Positions 1-9,289 are shown, numbered from the stretch's first letter. The stretch: DNA of 64,000 nucleotides from Candidatus Latescibacterota bacterium (GCA_965248265.1 CBDFJF010000002.1:352001-416000); one strand, 5' to 3'. Notes: generated by a model from the sequence alone, not told the origin. Translations and numbers: made by a program.

Positions 1-1
1 G

Positions 2-325
2 TACCAGGAATACTACCGGGCAGAGTGTGAGAACGGGGAAGTGGAAGTCGATGACGATGGCATCGTGCGCACAGTGATACGCGATAAGAAGACCGGGAAG
101 ATCACGACGAAAGAGATAAAGCTGAAGACACCGAAATTCGTCGGACACGGTTACGTCATCGACGCCCACCTGAAATGGCTGAGCGGCGGTGCCAAACCAG
201 AGACCGCCCTGGACGAAAACATCCACAGCAACGCGGCCATGTTCGGGGCCATCGAGGCCTCTCGTAAGGGCACCGTCGTCGATGTTGCTGCCATGGTTGC
301 CAAAGCGACGGAGAGCAGGCCATGA
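2..325 (+). CDS. C-terminal part of a probable Gfo/Idh/MocA-family oxidoreductase (5'-truncated by window edge)
   Basis: Frame is open from position 2. The C-terminus (…KWLSGGAKPETALDENIHSNAAMFGAIEASRKGTVVDV) resembles Gfo/Idh/MocA ends. Stop overlaps the next ATG (ATGA). Confidence 0.55.
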   Translation, partial: YQEYYRAECENGEVEVDDDGIVRTVIRDKKTGKITTKEIKLKTPKFVGHGYVIDAHLKWLSGGAKPETALDENIHSNAAMFGAIEASRKGTVVDVAAMVAKATESRP

Positions 326-1275
326 CCCATCGTATCCTGTTCCAATCCGATGCGGATCCCTACCACGCCATCGTGCCGATGCTGCAGGAGCGCTGCCAGC
401 TGGACTGGTGGCGCGAACCCGAAGTCGACCCAGGGATCGATTTAAATACCATAGAAGGGATCTACGTCTACAGCCACATGTGGCTGGATCAGTCCCTGAT
501 GGAGCGCATGCCCAACCTGCGGGTGATCAGCAACTTCGGGGTGGGCTGTGACCATATCGACCTGGAAGGGGCGGTCCGCCTGGGCATTCCCGTAGGTAAC
601 ACGCCTGGTGTTCTGGATGCGACGACGGCCGATTTGACTTTTGCACTGTTGATGGCTGCCGCTCGCAACCTCTTTCCCGGTTACCATCACGCAAGGGGTC
701 CGGATTTCACTCACTACGATGCCGCCATCCTACTCGGCCAACACCTCACCGGCGGTACCATCGGCATCGTCGGGCTGGGACGCATAGGCTACCAGGTGGC
801 CAAGAGGGCGCTGGGGTTTGACATGGATGTCATCTACCACAATCGCACTCGCAACGCCAGGGCCGAAGAAGATCTCGGGGCCCGCTACGTGCCGCTGGAT
901 GAGCTCCTGACGAAGGCTGATTTCGTCACCCTGAACATGCCGCTGACGGACGAGACCCGCGGCATGATCGGGAGTCGTGAGTTGTCACTGATGAAACCCA
1001 CTGCTGTGCTCGTGAACGCCGCCAGAGGGCCCGTCATCGACCAGGGGGCGCTGGTCGAGACCATGCGTGAGCGCCGGATTCATTGCGCGGCCCTTGATGT
1101 GACTGACCCCGAACCGCTACCTCGTGATCATGAGCTGTTGAGCATGGACAACGTCATCGTCATCCCTCATCTGGGCAGTGCCACGGTGAAGACGCGCGAC
1201 GACATGACGCGGATGTCGGTGGATAACCTGCTTGCCGGTCTCGAAGGTCGTCAGGTGCCGCACCGGATTGCGTGA
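322..1275 (+). CDS. D-2-hydroxyacid dehydrogenase (glyoxylate reductase / D-glycerate dehydrogenase-like)
   Basis: GVGCDHID, NTPGVL, Rossmann GLGRIG, NAARGPVID, LDVTDPEP and catalytic PHLGSAT motifs. Confidence 0.92.
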   Translation: MTHRILFQSDADPYHAIVPMLQERCQLDWWREPEVDPGIDLNTIEGIYVYSHMWLDQSLMERMPNLRVISNFGVGCDHIDLEGAVRLGIPVGNTPGVLDATTADLTFALLMAAARNLFPGYHHARGPDFTHYDAAILLGQHLTGGTIGIVGLGRIGYQVAKRALGFDMDVIYHNRTRNARAEEDLGARYVPLDELLTKADFVTLNMPLTDETRGMIGSRELSLMKPTAVLVNAARGPVIDQGALVETMRERRIHCAALDVTDPEPLPRDHELLSMDNVIVIPHLGSATVKTRDDMTRMSVDNLLAGLEGRQVPHRIA

Positions 1276-1339
1276 GCATGGGAAAAGTGGATGTTAAAAC
1301 AGCATACACAGACAGACACGGAGGACAGGACAGGAATCG

Positions 1340-2284
1340 ATGACTGAGAATCACCGCAACGTAATCATCATAGGATCGGGTCCAGCAGGGTTCACGGCCG
1401 CCTTGTACGCAGCACGGGCCGACCTGGCACCACTTGTGTTCGAGGGACTGCAGCCCGGCGGGCAGCTGACGATCACGACGGACGTGGAGAATTACCCCGG
1501 TTTTCCCGAGGGCATCATGGGGCCGCAGATGATGGATCTGTTCCGGGAGCAGGCGCAGCGCTTCGGCGCCGAATGCGTGTTCAAGACGGTCACCGGAGTC
1601 GATCTGGAAAGCGGGGCGCCGTTCACGGTCGAGGCCGAAAACGGGACCTTCACCGCCGATGTCGTCATCATCGCCACCGGGGCTTCGGCACGGTTGCTGG
1701 GCATCGAGTCAGAGGATCGCCTGATGGGACACGGTGTCTCCGCCTGCGCCACCTGTGACGGGTTCTTTTTTCGAGACAAGGAGCTCGTCATCGTCGGAGG
1801 CGGGGACTCGGCCATGGAGGAGGCCACCTTCCTGACAAAATTCGCCTCCAAGGTGAACATCGTACACCGCAGGCCCCAGTTCAGAGCGTCGAAGATCATG
1901 CTGAGGCGGGCGCAGGACAACGACAAGATTGAGTTCGTCTTGCCCGCTACCGTCGAAGAGATTCTCTCCCCGGATGGTGAATTGGCGGTCAATGGCGTGC
2001 GGCTGAAAAATCCGGACACAGGCGAGGTGTGGGAGAAGGGATGCGAGGGTGTCTTCATGGCGATCGGACACCGGCCGAACACACACCTGTTCACGGACCA
2101 GCTGGAGATGGACGAAAACGGTTATCTGATCACGGCGCCGGATTCGACGGCGACGAAGATTCCGGGGGTTTTCGCCTGCGGTGATGCTCAGGACCACGTC
2201 TACCGGCAGGCCGTTACCGCTGCCGGCACCGGTTGCATGGCGGCGATTGAGGCTGAGCGCTGGTTGTCTGAACACGCCGCTTGA
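1340..2284 (+). CDS. trxB: Thioredoxin-disulfide reductase
   Basis: GSGPAG, GGQL, ENYPGF, CATCDG active site, [19 protein letters not shown]. Confidence 0.97.
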   Translation: MTENHRNVIIIGSGPAGFTAALYAARADLAPLVFEGLQPGGQLTITTDVENYPGFPEGIMGPQMMDLFREQAQRFGAECVFKTVTGVDLESGAPFTVEAENGTFTADVVIIATGASARLLGIESEDRLMGHGVSACATCDGFFFRDKELVIVGGGDSAMEEATFLTKFASKVNIVHRRPQFRASKIMLRRAQDNDKIEFVLPATVEEILSPDGELAVNGVRLKNPDTGEVWEKGCEGVFMAIGHRPNTHLFTDQLEMDENGYLITAPDSTATKIPGVFACGDAQDHVYRQAVTAAGTGCMAAIEAERWLSEHAA

Positions 2285-2316
2285 GACAAGCGTGCCTGAA
2301 ACTCTACGCTACTCTC

Positions 2317-2397
2317 GAAAAACGCGATCCGTGTCAGCACGATCCGTGTCAGCACGATCCGTATCAGCCGGCGATGGCTGACACGGATCGTTTTTTC
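2317..2397. terminator. Probable bidirectional intrinsic terminator between convergent genes
   Basis: GGCTGACACGGATCG (2376-2390) is the reverse complement of the repeat unit. It is followed by T6, and A5 precedes the first copy. Confidence 0.75.
2325..2369. repeat. 15-bp tandem repeat x3 (CGATCCGTGTCAGCA, third copy degenerate)
   Basis: Copies at 2325-2339, 2340-2354 and 2355-2369. Confidence 0.9.
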
Positions 2398-3849
2398 TTA
2401 GTCGATCAGGTTTTTAAAGGCGTCCTCACCACGCCGGAACAGTTCCTTCACGTCCTGGCGCTGGCGGTCGTCGTTGTAGCGTCCGACCGTATCGATCCAC
2501 TTGAGGGATTCCCCGATCGAGTCGAGGAAGAACCGGGTGGCTTCCGGGCGTTCGGCCGGAGTGCGGCCACAGCGGACATAGACCGGACTGCTGTGGGCGT
2601 AGATCGATTGATCAAAGCTGTCGCGGGCATTGCCCCATAGCCGCACGGCAATCCAGCCGTCGGTGTCGAAGCGTGATCCGTACTTGAAGGTCCCTTCTCG
2701 CGGGCCGCTCAACCACTCTTCCCGGTGGACGACGGTGCCGTTGACGACAATCTCGGCGGCGTCGACGGGGTAGTAGGAACGAAACGTCACTTCTGCCTCG
2801 ACCTCGGCCGCGCCATTAGACTCCACCGTACTGCCGATGGGCAGGTCGTTGACCTTGAGGTCGACGGCCGGACCGTTGGTGATGTAGGTGCGGCCCGCCT
2901 TCATGCCCTCGATCCAGCTGGCGTAGGAGAACTCGGTGCCGTTATCCATCTGGACGTAGACGCGGTTGTTGGAGCAGACGAACCAATCGGTGCCGGTTGA
3001 AGCCGGCAGCCGTATGCCACAATTGAGCAGCTTGTACCACAGGTCGTATTCCGGATCCATCCAGAATGGATCGAACATGTTGAAGGCATCCAGCTTGCCG
3101 AGGACGGCGGCCACGGGTGCCTCCATGCCGCGGCCATTGTGACACCAGATGACGATACCGCCCTGATCGCGGGTTTCGTCGCAGCAAAAACACAGGGGTG
3201 GATAGTCCGGATCGAACTGGGCCGTGAGCGTGTGACCGCGACTGACCGGTTGCACCAGATTTCGGATGTTGAGGAACATGACGTGACCGTAGCCGAAGCC
3301 CCATGGCGAGCTGTCGCCGTAGTGCCGGTTCTCCTCGCCGATGTCGAGTACATGGTGGGCGGTGGTGAATTCGTTCATCACCCCGATCGGGTACTTGTTG
3401 CTGGCGTAAGGCAGTTGCCGGCGGTCGAGGACGCTGACGGCTGTGACGTTGTAGCCCTCGACGCTGCAGTCGACGGCGAGGCGGTCGTCCGGGCGGGTCT
3501 CCTTTTCATCGTAGTGGATGTGGGTATTGCCGGGGTACCAACCGTCTTCCTGCGGGTAGTTCCAACGCTGAATCGGGATCTCGACGTCGACGACGCCGGT
3601 CTCCGGCGCCTGGACGACGACCCGGGTGGGCTCGTACTCGGTGCCGCGCTCTACCAGGATGTCATTGCGCCCCCGGTGGACCTCGACCTCGAACTCGCCG
3701 TCCGAGAAGAAGAAGGGCGTGCCGGACCCGATTTTCAGCAGGGCGTCTGCCGGGCGCTTGAATACCCCTGAACTGTCCAGGACGTGAACCTTGGCGTCGA
3801 TCTTCTGGTTGGTGGCGGCGTCCACGATGGTGCCATGCAGCGTAGCCAT
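2398..3849 (-). CDS. CehA/McbA-family (PHP-like) metallohydrolase
   Basis: GNTHIH metal motif, GEE, GHV, WCHNG, STGTDW, RTYITNGP and AHSSPVYV. Confidence 0.8.
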   Translation of the reverse strand: MATLHGTIVDAATNQKIDAKVHVLDSSGVFKRPADALLKIGSGTPFFFSDGEFEVEVHRGRNDILVERGTEYEPTRVVVQAPETGVVDVEIPIQRWNYPQEDGWYPGNTHIHYDEKETRPDDRLAVDCSVEGYNVTAVSVLDRRQLPYASNKYPIGVMNEFTTAHHVLDIGEENRHYGDSSPWGFGYGHVMFLNIRNLVQPVSRGHTLTAQFDPDYPPLCFCCDETRDQGGIVIWCHNGRGMEAPVAAVLGKLDAFNMFDPFWMDPEYDLWYKLLNCGIRLPASTGTDWFVCSNNRVYVQMDNGTEFSYASWIEGMKAGRTYITNGPAVDLKVNDLPIGSTVESNGAAEVEAEVTFRSYYPVDAAEIVVNGTVVHREEWLSGPREGTFKYGSRFDTDGWIAVRLWGNARDSFDQSIYAHSSPVYVRCGRTPAERPEATRFFLDSIGESLKWIDTVGRYNDDRQRQDVKELFRRGEDAFKNLID

Positions 3850-4907
3850 CAGAGCGTGTAGGTCTGGTAGGGAGTTTCGCAGGGATTGCCGTGACTCACG
3901 TGCATGCGTCCCTCGTCCACCTCCAAGATCACGCTGAACACGCTCCTGCAGTATCCGGTCGTCGGGTCGTCGTTGGGGTGCCGGCAGATGGAGGTCGGGT
4001 AGTGGTCGTGATCGCTCATGACCTTACATAACTCCTCAAGGGTGAAGGGTTGCTCGATACTGTCCAGTAACGCGTCTATGCGGCGCTGCCGCGAGCATGA
4101 CTGCATCAGATCGTCATACTCCTCCTTCACCGGGATTAGCGCGGGGTGGAGGCAGTGATTGGCATGGGTAAGAACCCCGTCCAGGGTGTCATCCAGCACG
4201 TGCACGTCCCCCAGGGTGACTTCCAGATCAGCCGGCCCCTCCGGCGTCGACAGCAGGATATTGGCCGGGATGGCGCGCTCGGCCCGGGCCACGGCTTCGA
4301 CCGCTTCTTCCAGCGAGCGAGCCTTGTAAATGCCACGGACGGTGAAGTAGTGGGGCACGCCAACCTCACGACTCGGCGCTGGCAAGGTATTGAGGCAGAC
4401 GCCGATGCCGGCTTCGCTGAGGCCGATGTAGGCCACCCGCCCCACCTGGGTGATGTTGATGTGGGCCAGCTCGTCACCCCCGGGACGACGGGTTAGGACG
4501 ACTGTGAAGGCATCCAGACCGGGGTCGTTGTCCCAGTTCTGTCCCAGGGTGGCGCTGCCGCTCTGGCAGACCTCCGGTGTCAGCGCGAAGGCGGTGCAGC
4601 CTTCGACAGCTTCCGGCTTCAGCTGGTTGCGCACCTGTAACAGCATGAGCTGTTCGAGTGACAGGCCCGAACTCTCCGACACGCCACGCAATTCTTCCAG
4701 CATGGCCGGGTCGTAGGCCTCGACATACGGCACACACCGGGCCGCCAATGACAACGCCGTCTCCCTCTTGACCGGGAACTCCAGATTTGCCCGTTCCATG
4801 AGTACGGCGTCGAATTCGTGCAGTTCCTCACGGGCCGCCTCTCCGAGCTGACGCCCCATTTCAGCAGGCGTGCCGCTGACTTCAATTTCGCGATAGCGCT
4901 GATTCAT
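3849..4907 (-). CDS. Peptidase C45 family (acyl-CoA:6-APA acyltransferase-like Ntn hydrolase)
   Basis: Autoproteolytic G-C-T site (EGCTAF), GQNWD, GIGVCLN, THANH, ICRH and GNPC. Confidence 0.88.
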   Translation of the reverse strand: MNQRYREIEVSGTPAEMGRQLGEAAREELHEFDAVLMERANLEFPVKRETALSLAARCVPYVEAYDPAMLEELRGVSESSGLSLEQLMLLQVRNQLKPEAVEGCTAFALTPEVCQSGSATLGQNWDNDPGLDAFTVVLTRRPGGDELAHINITQVGRVAYIGLSEAGIGVCLNTLPAPSREVGVPHYFTVRGIYKARSLEEAVEAVARAERAIPANILLSTPEGPADLEVTLGDVHVLDDTLDGVLTHANHCLHPALIPVKEEYDDLMQSCSRQRRIDALLDSIEQPFTLEELCKVMSDHDHYPTSICRHPNDDPTTGYCRSVFSVILEVDEGRMHVSHGNPCETPYQTYTL

Positions 4908-5878
4908 CGTACCTGCAACACCACCTTGCCGATGTTCTCGTTGTCGTTGAGGATGCGATGGGCCTCCTCCGCTTCGGTGATTGGCAATACCGCGTGGATG
5001 AGGGGTGCCATGGAACCGCGTTCGAGGACGGACCAGAACCGCTGCCGGAACTGGTTCGCGATATCGATTTTTTCTTCCAGGGGCCGGCTGCGCAGGAGCG
5101 AGCCGACAATGCGCAATCGCTTGCCCAGCACGGCAGCCAGATCGATGGTCGCCTCAGTGCCACCCAACAGAGAGATGATGACGAGTCGCCCCTTGAGCTT
5201 GAGCACCTCGATGTTCGAGGGCAGGTGGCTGCCTCCAGCGACGTCCAGCACTACGTCCACGCCGTCGCAGTGATCGAGGATGGCCGTGGCGAGATCGTCG
5301 CGGCGATAATTAACAGCCAGCTCCGCGCCCAGTTGTCGGCAACAGGCCAGCTTCTCTTCGGAGCCGGCTGTGGCAAGAATGCGGCAGCCTTCCACGCGCG
5401 CCAATTGAATCGCGGCCGTGCCGACGCCACTGGCCCCGGCATGGATCAGCACGGTCTCTCCCGGTGACAGGCCGGCTTCCAGAAAGAGGTTGACAAAGGC
5501 CGTATAGAAGGCTTCTGGGACTGCGGCCGCGTCGTTGAAGGGGAGCCCATCCGCAATCGGCGTCAGCAGCTTGTGATGTACAGTCACTCGCTCCGCATAG
5601 CCGCCGCCCGCCAGCAACGCGCAGACGCGGTCGCCAGGTTGTACATCACTCACATTAGCGCCGATTTCGGCAACCCTACCGGCCATTTCGAGTCCTAGGT
5701 AGGGAGGGGCGCCCGGTGGCGGAGGATAGTTGCCGTGGCGCTGCAGCAGGTCGGCCCGGTTGACGGCCGTGGCATAGATATCGACGAGGACCTCGTCCGG
5801 ACCGGGATCCGGGTCGGGCACTTGTTGCCATATCAGCTGATGTTGGGGACTGTCCTCGTCAACGACGATGGCATTCAA
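4904..5878 (-). CDS. NAD(P)H-quinone oxidoreductase, PIG3/zeta-crystallin family
   Basis: VNRADLLQRHGNYPPPPGA, GLEMAG, GGGYAE, HAGASGVGTAAIQ and NIGKVVL. Likely TTG start at 5878 with GGAG upstream; the 521-aa track ORF is over-extended. Confidence 0.92.
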   Translation of the reverse strand: MNAIVVDEDSPQHQLIWQQVPDPDPGPDEVLVDIYATAVNRADLLQRHGNYPPPPGAPPYLGLEMAGRVAEIGANVSDVQPGDRVCALLAGGGYAERVTVHHKLLTPIADGLPFNDAAAVPEAFYTAFVNLFLEAGLSPGETVLIHAGASGVGTAAIQLARVEGCRILATAGSEEKLACCRQLGAELAVNYRRDDLATAILDHCDGVDVVLDVAGGSHLPSNIEVLKLKGRLVIISLLGGTEATIDLAAVLGKRLRIVGSLLRSRPLEEKIDIANQFRQRFWSVLERGSMAPLIHAVLPITEAEEAHRILNDNENIGKVVLQVR

Positions 5879-5928
5879 AACGACGGCACTCCGGAGATAA
5901 TGTTGTGGGACGATAACGCGGGACAACG

Positions 5929-5970
5929 ATTGAGAGACACCAATTGCGAGACACCATGCGAGACACCAAT
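5929..5970. repeat. Degenerate 12-14-bp direct repeat x3 (ATTGMGAGACACCA) in a divergent promoter region
   Basis: attgagagacacca / attgcgagacacca / tgcgagacacca, just upstream of TATAAT at 5983-5988. Confidence 0.75.
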
Positions 5971-6031
5971 GGAATGTTCCGCTATAATAATCTGGCAGGC
6001 AAGTCGAAGATATCGAATCGTGCGGGAACTG

Positions 6032-6448
6032 ATGACGGCTGACGAGATGCAGTTGTACCTGTTTTATGATGGCAGCTGCGCGCTGTGCCGGCGCTTCGCC
6101 GATGTGGTCGAACGTTGGGACGTGGACAGGTCCATCGGTGTGATCGATCTGGCCGATCCAGGAATTGCAGAGCGATTTCCCCAGATAGACCTGGAATCGG
6201 CAGTCCAGGAGCTGACCGTGAGCGAGCCAGGCGGCAATGTCTTTCAAGGGAGCCAGGCACTGCAGCGCCTGACGCGGTTGTTGCCGGGGATTCGGAGCCT
6301 GACCTGGGCCTATCGTCTGCCCGGGGTGGTTCCCGCGGTTGGCAGGGTGTACGGTGCCGTGAACCGCCGCCGCAAGCGGTTGTGTCTTCACTGCGGCGAA
6401 AAGTGGATGCCTTCGATGAAGTACAGCCGCCGCAAAAAGGGCCGATAG
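6032..6448 (+). CDS. DCC1-like thiol-disulfide oxidoreductase (DUF393)
   Basis: LFYDGSCALC (DxxCxxC) motif, G..A...L helix and Y..VNRRR end; ATG at 6032 or 6047. Confidence 0.88.
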   Translation: MTADEMQLYLFYDGSCALCRRFADVVERWDVDRSIGVIDLADPGIAERFPQIDLESAVQELTVSEPGGNVFQGSQALQRLTRLLPGIRSLTWAYRLPGVVPAVGRVYGAVNRRRKRLCLHCGEKWMPSMKYSRRKKGR

Positions 6449-6564
6449 TAAGGGCGTAAGGCGGTTCATTAAAGCTTGCCCGACAGAGCAGTAAGTCCTA
6501 AGTTCTAAACAACTTCCGTGCGATTCGGAGAGACGAACTCAGACGTTCACAGGGTCGATGTCCA

Positions 6565-6966
6565 ATGGCAGATCAAAACGCGGCAAAGGGTGAGATCAAG
6601 GGCGTAGTTGTCGAGATTTTTGACGAGGAGTACCGCATTGGCGGCGAGCCGTCGCAGGTACAACCGGTCGCCGATTATGTCGACAAGAAAATGAAGGAGA
6701 TGGCAGCCGAACACGGCGGTCGCCTCCCCAAGGCGCAGGTCGCCATCCTCACCGCCATGGAAATAACCGCTGAACTGTTTCGTGTCATGCGAGATCGCAC
6801 CGACTTCACGGAGAAGGCCCATGCCAGTATCGACCGGCTCACCAAGCTCGTCGAGGAGAGGGCCAAGATGTCGGATGTCGGTGGCGGCACCGAGGAGACG
6901 TCGGCTCTTGAGCGCAGGATCCGCGAACGCTCCATCCGCATCCCGGATTCATCCGTTATCTCCTGA
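6565..6966 (+). CDS. zapA: Cell division protein ZapA
   Basis: VEIFDEEYRI, VADYVDKKM and VAILTAMEITAELF match the ZapA pattern, followed by a coiled coil. Confidence 0.85.
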   Translation: MADQNAAKGEIKGVVVEIFDEEYRIGGEPSQVQPVADYVDKKMKEMAAEHGGRLPKAQVAILTAMEITAELFRVMRDRTDFTEKAHASIDRLTKLVEERAKMSDVGGGTEETSALERRIRERSIRIPDSSVIS

Positions 6967-6970
6967 GCTC

Positions 6971-7378
6971 CTGAACCCCCCCAGAGGCTTTCTTTCTGGA
7001 ACGCTCCTGCTGGCGGCACTGGCTCTATTCTCGATCAGTTGCGCCAGCACCCCCAAGTACATCCCCGAAGATTGTCCCGTGTTCTCGGAGATCGAAGCCG
7101 TACGCGTGAACCCTGCGTGGGCTCTGGATCGCCACTTGCGTTTGGAGGTAGCCTTCAAGGTGTGCCCACCCAAAGAGGGATTGGCCGAGATCCGGCGCAA
7201 ACGTATCGAGATCAAGCATACCCTGATCAGGTTCTTGAGCAGCAAGACCGAAGCCGAGTTGGAGGATCCACTGCGGGTGGAGAACTTGAGGCGTGGAATC
7301 CACCGGATCGTCAACGAAGAGGTGATGAAGAAGGGCACGGTGGAGGAAGTATTCATCACCGCCATGGAACTGGAATAA
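6971..7378 (+). CDS. FliL-like lipoprotein (start uncertain: CTG 6971, or ATG 6875 overlapping zapA)
   Basis: Lipobox-like LALFSISC. C-terminal FliL pattern VNP..RHLRLEV…IKHTLIRFLSSKTEAEL…LRRGI…VN…V.EVFIT. Confidence 0.65.
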   Translation: MNPPRGFLSGTLLLAALALFSISCASTPKYIPEDCPVFSEIEAVRVNPAWALDRHLRLEVAFKVCPPKEGLAEIRRKRIEIKHTLIRFLSSKTEAELEDPLRVENLRRGIHRIVNEEVMKKGTVEEVFITAMELE

Positions 7379-7397
7379 GTCGGAGGCAGCAGTTCGG

Positions 7398-8771
7398 CTA
7401 CGTCGAGCCCAGTAGAGCCTCCGCCTCGGCGCCAAGTAGCGCGGCCTCTTCGGCTGTCGCGCTTTCCGCGATAATTCGCACAACAGGTTCGGTGTTGGAG
7501 GCCCGCAGGTGTACCCACGGACACTCCAGTTGCCCGCTGAGATACAACTTCACGCCATCCTGAACGGGGTGGACGTAGGCCTGTGGATGTTGCTGCCGCA
7601 GGGCTACAACGCCAGCCTCGAGCTGGGCGGTCGTGCACCCGCTCACCTTGCGTTTGTCTATGGCGTAACGCGGTAATCGGTCAACCAGGGCACTGAGCGA
7701 CTGATTGCCGGCAGCCAAGCGCTGCAATACCAGGGCGATCCCAAGTCCAGCGTCGCGCCCGGGGACGATATCGGTCAGAATGACGCCGCCGTTTCCCTCC
7801 CCACCAACCGCGGCAGCCGTCTTCATCATCTCTTCAACGACGTGGACTTCCCCCACCGGAGTCAGAATGACGCGACGGCCGGCTTGCTCTGCTGCATCAG
7901 ACACGAGCTGGGACGTCGATAGGGTCGTGACCACGGGCCCGGGTCGCTCCTGCGCGGAGATGGCCTGAATCGCAAGGGCCAGGGTGTAATCCTCGCCGAT
8001 GGCAAGGCCATTCTCGCCAACCAGAGCGACTCGGTCCGCATCGGGATCGACGGCGAATCCGATCGCCGCGCCAGCATCGCGCACGGCATCCCCGAGTTGC
8101 ACCAGGTTTTCGGGAATTGGCTCCGGCTCGTGGGCGAATAAGCCATCCGGTTCGCCGTTGATGATGGTGGCTGTGACGCCGAGGCGGTCGAAAAGTCTCT
8201 GCAGGAACAGGGCCCCGGAGCCGTTGCAGGGATCGGCGGCCACCCGCAAGCAAGCGTCACGGATACGGTCCGCGTCGACGGCCGACAGGATGCGATCCAG
8301 GTAACGGTCCTCCACCTCGTCCCGGGTGATGTGCTCGATCCGCCCTCCGGAGCGCTGTACCATGTCGCCAGCGCGATAGGTGCTCTCTACCTGCGTTCCC
8401 TGCGTCTGATTGAGGAAGACACCATCGGCGCGGATCAGTTTGAGACCGTTCCACGGGGCGGGGTTGTGACTGGCGGTCAGGATGATACCGGCTTCTGCTC
8501 CCAGCTCCACCACCATTATTTTTGCAGCCGGGGTCGAGCACATTCCAAGGTCCATGATGACGCAACCCGTCGACGTCAAGCCATCGGCAGCTGCCTGGGC
8601 AAGCTCTTCGCCTGAGGGACGGGTGTCTCGCGCCAGTACGACGCGAGCTCCTGGAGACAGGAGGCCACCGTAGGCGGCGGCAAAGCGCCTGACGACATCG
8701 GCAGTCAGGGATCGTCCCACCAGACCGCGAATGCCGGAAATGCTGATGATCAGGGGGGCGTCAGACGTCAG
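7398..8771 (-). CDS. glmM: Phosphoglucosamine mutase / phosphomannomutase (alpha-D-phosphohexomutase)
   Basis: TASHNP phosphoserine motif, DPDADR metal loop, GGEGNGG and RASNTEP. The conserved N-terminal SISGIRG lies upstream of the track GTG, implying a CTG start (8771 or 8753). Confidence 0.8.
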   Translation of the reverse strand: MTSDAPLIISISGIRGLVGRSLTADVVRRFAAAYGGLLSPGARVVLARDTRPSGEELAQAAADGLTSTGCVIMDLGMCSTPAAKIMVVELGAEAGIILTASHNPAPWNGLKLIRADGVFLNQTQGTQVESTYRAGDMVQRSGGRIEHITRDEVEDRYLDRILSAVDADRIRDACLRVAADPCNGSGALFLQRLFDRLGVTATIINGEPDGLFAHEPEPIPENLVQLGDAVRDAGAAIGFAVDPDADRVALVGENGLAIGEDYTLALAIQAISAQERPGPVVTTLSTSQLVSDAAEQAGRRVILTPVGEVHVVEEMMKTAAAVGGEGNGGVILTDIVPGRDAGLGIALVLQRLAAGNQSLSALVDRLPRYAIDKRKVSGCTTAQLEAGVVALRQQHPQAYVHPVQDGVKLYLSGQLECPWVHLRASNTEPVVRIIAESATAEEAALLGAEAEALLGST

Positions 8772-8776
8772 GATCC

Positions 8777-9289
8777 CTATCCCTCGGTATCGTCCTCGGG
8801 CGGTGGTTCATCGTCAGGCGAGGTGCCGGTGCCCGGATCGGGCTCCGGCTCGTTGACTCCTTCGAGCAGACTCAGATTGATCATGATGATGGTGGTGTCA
8901 CCGGCGACGATGCTGATGTTGCGACGCTCGCCTTCAAGGATCAGGACTCCGTCGTGATCGTAGCCCTCGATGGTCAGCGTGCGCCCCGTTCCAGGAGACA
9001 CTGCACCCATCGTCAGGGTGGCCGGCCCCACAGGTGAGTGGTCCAGCTGCTTCACGATCGAGGTCATTCCCGGTCCCGAGAGGACGGCTACCAGGCTGTC
9101 GACGACGCTGACGAGCGGCTTGGGCAGGGGGATCACCAGGCTCAGGGTGTTGCCGCTCGAGTGTTCAGGTGCGGAGCCACCCGGATCGGCCGGATTGTTG
9201 CGCTCGAGTGAGCCACACGCAGCGATTACGACTACCGCAAGGGCTGCGAACGCGGGTGAGCCAAGGGTGAACTTGCGATGCGTATTCAT
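8777..9289 (-). CDS. Hypothetical lipoprotein with a beta-sandwich-like domain and acidic Pro-rich tail
   Basis: Signal peptide with lipobox VIAAC and NPADP after the Cys; divergent from the NHL gene. Confidence 0.7.
   Translation of the reverse strand: MNTHRKFTLGSPAFAALAVVVIAACGSLERNNPADPGGSAPEHSSGNTLSLVIPLPKPLVSVVDSLVAVLSGPGMTSIVKQLDHSPVGPATLTMGAVSPGTGRTLTIEGYDHDGVLILEGERRNISIVAGDTTIIMINLSLLEGVNEPEPDPGTGTSPDDEPPPEDDTEG

Noticed and set aside
2325-2369. Possible CRISPR array or Cys/His peptide repeat (DPCQH x3 in ORF 2281..2640)
   Set aside because: The repeats are 15 bp, contiguous and have no spacers, and no cas genes are present. The ORF overlaps a real gene on the opposite strand.
5879-6469. 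N-terminal ~195-aa extension of the quinone oxidoreductase ORF
   Set aside because: It is the antisense shadow of the DCC1-like gene. Family similarity begins at TTG 5878, which has an RBS.
6967-7150. 6S RNA expected downstream of zapA
   Set aside because: The space is occupied by the FliL-like coding sequence, and I see no long rod structure there.
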